Assembly: GCA_964342815.1 (NCBI GenBank)
Contig: CAYFHS010000004.1
Coordinates: 17,238 to 81,237 of the forward strand
Length of the DNA stretch: 64,000 bases
Direction: 5' to 3'
Source: an uncultured archaeon
Lineage (GTDB): Archaea > Thermoplasmatota > Penumbrarchaeia > JASLWR01
Below, one piece after another: positions 57,901-64,000 of this stretch. Under the pieces are notes generated by a model. It had not been told where the DNA came from. It did no database searches and saw nothing but the letters and a program-made list of their open reading frames with translations. The position numbers and the translations under genes are program-made. How positions within the stretch are numbered: position 1 is the first letter of the stretch; each line of letters starts with the position of its first letter.

Positions 57901-59021
57901 GCGGCAGTCGTGGTGTTTATGACGAAATTAAAAAGCGAGACTGCGCCACCTCCCAGTATTCCTAAAGCGGGAGTGATGCCAGTATGGTCAATAATGTTAT
58001 TCTCCATGGTCAGTTTCGCATTCCCGGATACTTCGAAGGCCATGGCGCTGAAACCATGGCACGATACAACGTTATTACGAACTGAGATATCATCAGTCAC
58101 ATAACCAATGATGCCGTTGGTAACATCCGACAGTTCGTTATCGCTTATGGTATTTTTCAAAACTCCGTATATCGCAAATTCACCCATGGACGTGAATGAA
58201 TTTTCTATTATCCTAGGGGAGCCATCTTCGATCAGGATCCCGTAATTACAATCCTGGTATCTGTTATTGGAAACGGTATTTTCGGCAGGTTGCTTCGTAA
58301 ACGCGCAGCCGTTCTCGCAGTTGAGAAAATCATTATCGTTTATTGTGTTTCCCGAAGAGTTCCACGCCACCATCACCCCGTCGCCGCAATCCGTGAAACT
58401 GTTATTTTCAACCAGGCATCCGGTGGTACCCTGCAGGTATACGCCGTGACCGGCCACATTTTCGAAATTGTTTTGTTTGATGACGATATTTTCAACCTGC
58501 ATGTCCGAATCGTTGTTGGCAGAATGCACCCAAACACCCTGTTTGCAGTTCCGAAGAACGCAGTTCTTTATAACATGTCCGTTACCATTCTGTATCTTCA
58601 CCGCATAATCGTCCCATCCCGTTCCCCCATCCTCGATTGTCAGCCCTTCGGTGGTTGTCGGTGTTGGTGAAGTGATGAGTATTCGCGGTCCCCTGTTTTC
58701 CGATCTCATTTGCGGGGGATACAGTATGACCTCGCTGCTGTTCAATCCCCTGATATCGAGACTCTTAGTGATATGCAGATTTTCATAATAACGGCCAGGA
58801 TGAACCAGTATCAGAGAATTTGCTGGAGCGGCATCGATAGCCCCCTGTATTTCCTGGTATTCTCGGCCTTCTCCCACCTCGAAAACGGTGATTTCCGGGT
58901 TTTCCCCGTCCAAACCGGAGTGGTAGGTGACGATATTATCATGGGTAACAGCAGAGAAAAGTATGGCCAACAGAATGACTATGATGCATAACTTGGGAAA
59001 TCTGCGGTACAAAATCCTCAT
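54921..59021 (-). CDS. Large surface protein: beta-helix, 2 FN3, carboxypeptidase-regulatory-like domain, TM and Pro-rich tail
   Basis: EIQGAIDAAP, beta-helix repeats, NGNPVYYY, VSW..A.D..G.ES (FN3), TM WFIFIVAAMLILLLLLVVIFI-RRR. Confidence 0.82.
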   Translation of the reverse strand: MRILYRRFPKLCIIVILLAILFSAVTHDNIVTYHSGLDGENPEITVFEVGEGREYQEIQGAIDAAPANSLILVHPGRYYENLHITKSLDIRGLNSSEVILYPPQMRSENRGPRILITSPTPTTTEGLTIEDGGTGWDDYAVKIQNGNGHVIKNCVLRNCKQGVWVHSANNDSDMQVENIVIKQNNFENVAGHGVYLQGTTGCLVENNSFTDCGDGVMVAWNSSGNTINDNDFLNCENGCAFTKQPAENTVSNNRYQDCNYGILIEDGSPRIIENSFTSMGEFAIYGVLKNTISDNELSDVTNGIIGYVTDDISVRNNVVSCHGFSAMAFEVSGNAKLTMENNIIDHTGITPALGILGGGAVSLFNFVINTTTAAIRVENSTGVRIIDSRISGDLFASKGTVTITGTDGIELENVNITGGDGLCQIRNSQNIKISSVDMFSGGGDGLQLVNSTDIILINCSLSGNLDRGVALDGCVNAQLSEVKVNSAELGFDFTGKDKENFIHSVGTSCSTNGNPVYYYTSVSGQRFTHPEAGMLILADTVDCIIENSDLSGNDGILVAYSSGTVISHCRLNRTRYGLKVIRSQELSVENTVISCDADRPGNLRINGSSISAFDSRFSASTGKTAVVGRGSSALDMYNSTYDSLDVESDGGAVLSEYWELSLIVRYSDNSTPVMGADILIRSDSKDIYNTIMYNGNDPKTDIWGHIPPVWFLSRKFTGNNSPGALEPVEVYAYFRGEQEWDNATVHYFDNNSLIYLVTSDIRRPPGVEITELYPIAGKDALQVSWNESNEFQDEISLFKLFLWGDRDGTPRMIEIPGDVHKIILNATDYELIHNESYHVNIIAVDRAGFESDPSTIRDVIHRDNIPPESPSSLFNNTPGANNVTIWWNKSESGDTLGYRLYMGKQGNDGNYKLVGEYDNHTNSTFIEELDFEMNFTFYVIAFDEANNTSPAGMRLNITTGRPKGTLMLIVADSDSGMMLEGVLVELRDLRGWTWNGTTNDEPMIFQLYGGKYLISASIENYTDNSTIFNITHENLTRLVLEMTGIPVIVEDEDDDETDDGVVKKDNEILDEGYTVKSDTIMGMPPWFIFIVAAMLILLLLLVVIFIRRRNKHKSRIKVVRYVGPTTLMPPPSPPRPPSFPPAAVQPATAPLATVPPGVPDGFVPVDPSIQAGTSMAPATMYPYGRVLDRPALPMYTGDGTATHEMTDPNAVSEPLDQGPFPEGSLDEIFQFKNIPTGGTSAEEGQLQKIPPPPRIIPPEEEKKNFGGINVTLDPVPPMDSPVLSETDSMKGADADDALLGKEEVISKLKSLIETINKKDESVPTDGPPSGERTFSDITVTMPPDSGTEQSRETVTEPLNPPPPENE

Positions 59022-59113
59022 GACGTCACCGGGAGAAATAATAACGGCAAATAGCTACTTCACGGTATATATATTATCGCCATAAATGCATTTTTCAATT
59101 AGAGGTGTAATAA

Positions 59114-62100
59114 TTAAATACCTTCGAGAATGTCCTCGAGTTTGACGTCGTCATCATCGAAGATCATCTCTTCTGGGTAACGCCTGGGCGGCTCCGAATC
59201 GTCGTCAGACTCCTCCCGATCGGTTGGATCGAGCCCCCTCATCCCTCCACCTTTGCTCAGATCGTCTCTCCCCTCTCTCTCGGCGCAATGGGGACAGGTT
59301 TTCTCGTCCTGTTCGAAATACCCGTCGCACTTTGGACAATGTTCCAATTCCTCCCCCGTTTCTGTCGAAATGGCCACCTTTTTTACAGGGATGGAGGCGA
59401 GAGCAGTTGCGCTTTCATCCTTTTCCATCATATCATTTCCAGGATCATCCCCAATTGCCGGTTCATCCAACAGAACATCACCCGATCTTTCCATCTCGTC
59501 ATCATTTTCAATTTCACCGACATTTCCCCCATCCTCATCCCAACCTATCTCGATTTTCCGCACGTCATCTGCTCCGCTCACCGGACCATCTAGTTTTATT
59601 TCGCTGGCAGCGTCCACTTGTGCCTCTTGGACCTTGGGAATCCTTTCGACAAGGTCGTCAAGAGCTATCTTTATCGAGGGCATGTTTGCACTTTCATTGA
59701 CCATCGTTTCCTGTTCCGGAAGAGGGGGAATGTAGGTCTGTCTTGCGGTATTCTGAGGCACCGGCTGCGTTCCGTTTTCAACATTTACCGGTACCCCCTG
59801 AGGAAGCGCTTTCATACCTTCGCGGGGCCCCATTAATTTTTCCACGGACGGTAACGCAATTCCTCCCATTTCGGGGAAGGGAATTTTTTCTTTTTCCTCA
59901 ATGGATGGTATTGTCACCCTCCTCATCACTGGTTCTTCTTTCTTTTTAACCTCTTTATAATATATGGTCGGACTCTGATTCATATATACTTTAGTTATAA
60001 CAGGCGGCTCTCGAATTATGTCCCGCCCGGGAGGCAAGGTCCTTTCGGTTCTGCCGTAAAGGTCCATTTCAGTTGTTTCACTTTTCTGTTTCTTTCGCCG
60101 CCTGAATAATGCGATCAAAACTGCCTGTAGAATAAAAAGAAGGATCAATCCAATCACGATCCAGAGAACAATTGAATCTTCTCCCGCTTCTTTTTCGTCT
60201 CCCTTCGGATTCTCAACATCATTTTCCGTTGCAGTGATATGCAGCAGCAGTACTCTGGTGCTGTTACCATGACTGACATATATATATAGTTCATAAGGTC
60301 CCGGTTCCAGATAATCCGGTAAAGTGATTATACCCGAAACACTGTTCATTCCCGGGTCCGCCATGAAGGTATTGGCCATATCCAGTGCTTCGTCAGGGAG
60401 TCCCGTATTACGAAAATTGATCTCTGTGGGATGCTTCCCTTTATTGTTTATCGTAATATTGAACGTAGTTGTGGTGTTGATACTGACATTAATATTATCC
60501 TCATTCAGGAAAATTTCAAGCTGGGAGCTGAATTCACGGCTGAGGTTGACGTGGAATTTCCAGATTCCGTTCACACACAGTCCTTGGATGGAATCCAAAA
60601 ATGGGATCACCGTCCAATAATAGGTAGTATCATTTAGGAGCCCTGAAAACAGAAATTCAATCTCTTGCGTGCTCCCGGTCTTCTCCAAATCATCCTGTGC
60701 AGTACCTATATAGATGTTATAAGTGGGAAGTGAATCAGTGACGTTAACCCTATCCCACGATGCTCGGACCTCCGTTTTTTCAACCACCGTTCCGTTTGCC
60801 GGTTCCTTGAGAATTACCTCCGGGATAATTGTAGGATTTATGGTAAAACTCCACGTACCGCTCACGCAGACACCTCTGCTGATCCCGTCCGAGGCTGAAA
60901 GGTACCAGTGATATGTTTCTCCCTTTTCGAGACCGTCTATGGAAAGACTTTCGCCGATAAGATCCCGAGTGTGGAGCGTTGGGGGTTCGGCCTTCCCGAA
61001 ATAGAGATCGAAACTAAGCTCGGATTTGGCGTTATCGATGTCGAATCCTTTCCAGGTGAGTGTAATCGCCGTCTCTTCCAGGTTCGAGCCATCCAGGGGT
61101 GAAAAGAGTTTCACAAGCGGTGGATCATTCAATTTTTTCACGGTCAGATAGAATGGTGAGCTCCGGGTGGAGATGCCGAATACATTCGTGCAGCTTACTT
61201 CAAGTTCCACGGAACCGGTCCAGTTTCCGGCAATGCTGTCCACGCAGAGATAAGAGCCGTTCAAAGAAAAATTCAAATTTGCGGGCTCTGACATATTTGC
61301 CATAGTGTAGACAGACGGGGAAAAGACCGCATAAATGTCGTTGAAGTAATTTGCAAGGTCCAGGACGTTCTGTTCAGGCGTATCCTCGAATATATCAATA
61401 CGTGGGATTTCTGTCGTTTGTTCCGGCGCTTGCGGCGAGCTGTAATTCACACTCCACTGAAAAAGACACGGTGTGCTTCCACCACGGCCTTGAAAATTCG
61501 CTTCCAGGTAGACCGAACCAACTTCCAGCGGGTTAAGCTCCGAAATATCGATCTCGCTCATGTTTGATAGCGAACTGTCCTGGAATAATCTCTCACCGGT
61601 TGTGCTATGGTGCAGGGATATATTCAGATAGGTGTTACTGGGAACCGATCTGTTAAAAGAAAAGGTATCCCATACCATCTTCGGCGGTATCTCGATGTCT
61701 ACCGATTTAAGGGACCCGCGGCTGCGAAAGGCTTGAGAGTGTTCGATCATCTCCCGGGGCGTCAGGGCTTTATCGAAAATCCTAACTTCGTCGATCTTCC
61801 CCTGGAAGGAGGGAGCGATAAAGAGTTTTTCAGTGCTGTTCGGGGAGAGACCGGGAAGAGCTATCGATGACGCCGGCTCGCCGTTTACGTACAGCAAAAG
61901 ATCTTTTCCGTCATAGGTCTCTGCGATGTGGTTCCATCCGGGGGATATTGCCGCAGAGATGGTACTGTTGTCCAATGACGCGAAGGCGAAAGAGGTGTTT
62001 GCATTTATGCCGTAGCTGTTTCCCTTTCGAATCCCGGCACCCATTCGGTCCCCGATTTTCAAAAATTTATCCGGTTCGTTCTGATTCTCAAAAGCGGTCT

Positions 62101-63544
62101 CGATCCAGCTTGCGTTTCTCGCAGTATCCGATATCCTAACTTCGTCGATCAACCCGTTAAAGAAATTTTGGTTATTTGTCTTGGCGCCTATCCTCACAAC
62201 CGACTCTCCCATCTGCAGCTCACCGCCCTTGTTCATCGTCCTTACCAGCTCGCCATCTATGTAAATTTTAACTTCTCTTCCTTCCATGGTTATTGCCACT
62301 TGGTACCATCGGTCATTGCTGTATATCGATCCATAGGGGCTGTCAACAGTATCCCATTTCCATCCCGCTTTCATGAAATAGTAGGAGACGGTGCGCCACG
62401 ACATCAGCATCGCGTAGAAATCGTTACCCCGGCTGATAACGTATGTATGGGCATCAATGCTGTGGGGATATATCCATGCTTCAAGCGTTATCTCATCTTC
62501 CCACAGGTCAAGGCTGGCAGCGTGTTGGATCTCAATATAGTCATCGGTCCCGTCGAACTCATCGCAGCCCGCGATCTTTCCAATGGAATCACCCACCACA
62601 CCGTGAAAGCTCGTTCCATTGTTACCGTTCACAGTGGAATCCTTGTGTATTCCTTCCTTCTCGTCCAGGTGATGCACCATTTTGTGATTTCGGTCCCACA
62701 CATTTGCCGGGTCCTGCTGATCGGAGCAAACTGAATTCCCGAAACGCAGATACAACGTGGTATCTGATGTGGATGAAAGCAGGGGCAGTTTTACCCAGGC
62801 CACCAGCTTTCCGTTGGAACCATCGTATTCCTCCACTTCGTGGGACAGCTTCGTGCCATTTTCGGCAATGAACAGAAGATCGCCCCCACCCGACTGCACA
62901 TGGCCGCCGTTCTCGGCGTCCCGCAGGTCCGGATCGGTTACGGATACGAGGAGAGGAAAATTCAATAGTGTACCGTGCACCTTCCTGCGGTCTATTACTA
63001 TGGATTTTGAGAAGTTCCAACCGCTCCAGAGATCCATTTCCGGTTTCATCCATGCCTCAACGGTGAAATTGGCACCTGGATCCAGGCGGGCATCGTCTCC
63101 GAAGTCGATAAAATCGTTAATACCATCGAATTCAAGACAGCCCCCCATAATTCCTTTGCTTCGCTCCGCCCCTTGTATTGTCCCCCGGTTATCATGACCG
63201 CTTGAATCAAGAACTGTGAGTACATCCATCCCATCGAAATGCCAAAGACCTGAGGTGTGTTCGTCGGGAAGCAAGGTCCGATGGAGAAGTTTAATCGTCC
63301 CCTCACCTATGCTCATATTCTCGTTCATGGCCACTCCCGTGCCGTCATCGAAAGTGTCCGACCACCCATATATCGGGAGATCGTTTCTTCGGGGTGGGTC
63401 GCTGGGTATTGAACTAGAGGGTGAAAAATTACCATATACAGGCTCATGTCCTCCGATTTCATTCCAACTCGAGAACAGACTGCAAATATCAAAAGCACCC
63501 GTTAAAATGATAGTTATTGCAATAATGGATACAAGACGTTTCAC
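59114..63544 (-). CDS. Large surface protein: LamG domains, DUF2341, FN3/Ig domains, TM, cytoplasmic tail with Zn ribbon
   Basis: GLWHFD, EFDG.DD, W..VA.T, F.G.IDEVRI; DUF2341-like NFPLLV..HEVE..AWVK; CPKC..CPHC. Confidence 0.83.
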   Translation of the reverse strand: MKRLVSIIAITIILTGAFDICSLFSSWNEIGGHEPVYGNFSPSSSIPSDPPRRNDLPIYGWSDTFDDGTGVAMNENMSIGEGTIKLLHRTLLPDEHTSGLWHFDGMDVLTVLDSSGHDNRGTIQGAERSKGIMGGCLEFDGINDFIDFGDDARLDPGANFTVEAWMKPEMDLWSGWNFSKSIVIDRRKVHGTLLNFPLLVSVTDPDLRDAENGGHVQSGGGDLLFIAENGTKLSHEVEEYDGSNGKLVAWVKLPLLSSTSDTTLYLRFGNSVCSDQQDPANVWDRNHKMVHHLDEKEGIHKDSTVNGNNGTSFHGVVGDSIGKIAGCDEFDGTDDYIEIQHAASLDLWEDEITLEAWIYPHSIDAHTYVISRGNDFYAMLMSWRTVSYYFMKAGWKWDTVDSPYGSIYSNDRWYQVAITMEGREVKIYIDGELVRTMNKGGELQMGESVVRIGAKTNNQNFFNGLIDEVRISDTARNASWIETAFENQNEPDKFLKIGDRMGAGIRKGNSYGINANTSFAFASLDNSTISAAISPGWNHIAETYDGKDLLLYVNGEPASSIALPGLSPNSTEKLFIAPSFQGKIDEVRIFDKALTPREMIEHSQAFRSRGSLKSVDIEIPPKMVWDTFSFNRSVPSNTYLNISLHHSTTGERLFQDSSLSNMSEIDISELNPLEVGSVYLEANFQGRGGSTPCLFQWSVNYSSPQAPEQTTEIPRIDIFEDTPEQNVLDLANYFNDIYAVFSPSVYTMANMSEPANLNFSLNGSYLCVDSIAGNWTGSVELEVSCTNVFGISTRSSPFYLTVKKLNDPPLVKLFSPLDGSNLEETAITLTWKGFDIDNAKSELSFDLYFGKAEPPTLHTRDLIGESLSIDGLEKGETYHWYLSASDGISRGVCVSGTWSFTINPTIIPEVILKEPANGTVVEKTEVRASWDRVNVTDSLPTYNIYIGTAQDDLEKTGSTQEIEFLFSGLLNDTTYYWTVIPFLDSIQGLCVNGIWKFHVNLSREFSSQLEIFLNEDNINVSINTTTTFNITINNKGKHPTEINFRNTGLPDEALDMANTFMADPGMNSVSGIITLPDYLEPGPYELYIYVSHGNSTRVLLLHITATENDVENPKGDEKEAGEDSIVLWIVIGLILLFILQAVLIALFRRRKKQKSETTEMDLYGRTERTLPPGRDIIREPPVITKVYMNQSPTIYYKEVKKKEEPVMRRVTIPSIEEKEKIPFPEMGGIALPSVEKLMGPREGMKALPQGVPVNVENGTQPVPQNTARQTYIPPLPEQETMVNESANMPSIKIALDDLVERIPKVQEAQVDAASEIKLDGPVSGADDVRKIEIGWDEDGGNVGEIENDDEMERSGDVLLDEPAIGDDPGNDMMEKDESATALASIPVKKVAISTETGEELEHCPKCDGYFEQDEKTCPHCAEREGRDDLSKGGGMRGLDPTDREESDDDSEPPRRYPEEMIFDDDDVKLEDILEGI

Positions 63545-63620
63545 CGTATCCCCCCCGTTCCCGTTTTATTCGTGAGTCCGATATTAATAATTGTCGGTTT
63601 CTTTACTTTTTCTCAGCGTC

Positions 63621-64000
63621 CTATTCCTCCCCTTTCTCTCCCGAACCACCCTCTACCGCAGCATCATCACTATTTTCAATGATGTCATCACCTACCTCTT
63701 CATCATCCAGCGTTTCTACGGGAGCACCTTCTCCCGAATCATCATCGGCCATTTCCAATTTATCATCTTCCTCCGCGTCTTCATCTGCCAGCTCCACTAT
63801 ATCATCTTTCTCCACGTCGTCATCAGTTAGCTCCACTTTATCATCTTTCTCCACGTCGTCATCAGCTAGCTCCACTTTATCATCTTCCTCCGCGTCTTCA
63901 TCTACCAGCTCTACTTTATCATCTTCCTCCGCGTCTTCATCTGCCAGCTCCACTATATCATCTTCCTCCGCGTCTTCATCTGCCAGCTCCACTATATCAT
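63621..64000 (-). CDS. 3' end of an acidic repeat protein (continues beyond the window)
   Basis: Open frame of EEDDIVELADEDA-type repeats ending in TAG at 63621. Confidence 0.7.
   Translation of the reverse strand, partial: DIVELADEDAEEDDIVELADEDAEEDDKVELVDEDAEEDDKVELADDDVEKDDKVELTDDDVEKDDIVELADEDAEEDDKLEMADDDSGEGAPVETLDDEEVGDDIIENSDDAAVEGGSGEKGEE
63763..64000. repeat. 39-bp coding tandem repeat, at least 6 units
   Basis: Unit starts (TCATCTT) at 63763, 63802, 63841, 63880, 63919, 63958 and 63997. Confidence 0.92.

Noticed and set aside
446-63575. Many overlapping antisense or alternate-frame ORFs in the track (e.g. 446..1000, 10482..11255, 17191..17853, 46097..46897)
   Set aside because: They are shadows of well-supported genes, with no motifs or RBS of their own.
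63603-63623. Amber readthrough / pyrrolysine (GEE-TAG-DAEKK-TAA)
   Set aside because: Only five extra residues in a low-complexity tail and no pyl genes in the window; a GAG>TAG change or an ordinary stop is simpler.
63763-64000. CRISPR array
   Set aside because: Contiguous in-frame coding repeats without unique spacers; no cas genes.
1-64000. tRNA, rRNA, SRP or RNase P RNA genes; integrase, transposase or reverse transcriptase
   Set aside because: None recognised by eye. A tRNAscan-SE/Infernal run would be needed to exclude RNA genes formally.

Overview
64-kb window that looks archaeal. GGAGG/GGTGA ribosome-binding sites, TATA-like promoters and many NosD/PKD surface proteins with C-terminal anchors point to an uncultured Thermoplasmatota (inference, no database search). 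Left end: a complete lysine DAP-aminotransferase operon (lysC-dapB-dapA-asd-lysA-dapF-dapL), followed 1 bp later by a geranylgeranyl-reductase-family flavoprotein. Converging on it from 22664 to 8497 is the most interesting locus, apparently one minus-strand operon built around lipoate: H-protein-like carrier, atypical GlcD-like flavoprotein, 4Fe-4S/CCG (HdrD/GlcF-like) protein, two UbiA prenyltransferases, an unannotated 41-aa Cys-rich ORF, lipoate ligase, second H-like carrier, LipS2-type radical SAM and a lipoate ligase fused to Cys-rich DUF116. No gcvT/gcvP/lpd or lipS1 lies in the window. The CCG gene is broken into an N-terminal piece (about 20190-20600) and a C-terminal piece (14973-15194, absent from the ORF track), separated by about 5 kb of unrelated DNA. 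The rest is accessory: APC permease with an EIIA-like domain, a candidate structured RNA/DNA element (27368-27560), beta-propeller protein, PIN/UPF0175 toxin-antitoxin pair, ArsR plus unknown GATase-like protein, a Cache-domain pentameric ligand-gated ion channel, MarR-ABC exporter, several very large single-pass surface proteins, DUF92 and clusters of long intergenic hairpins. No rRNA, tRNA, CRISPR array, integrase or transposase was recognised. Three -1 frameshifts in homopolymers suggest some sequencing error.
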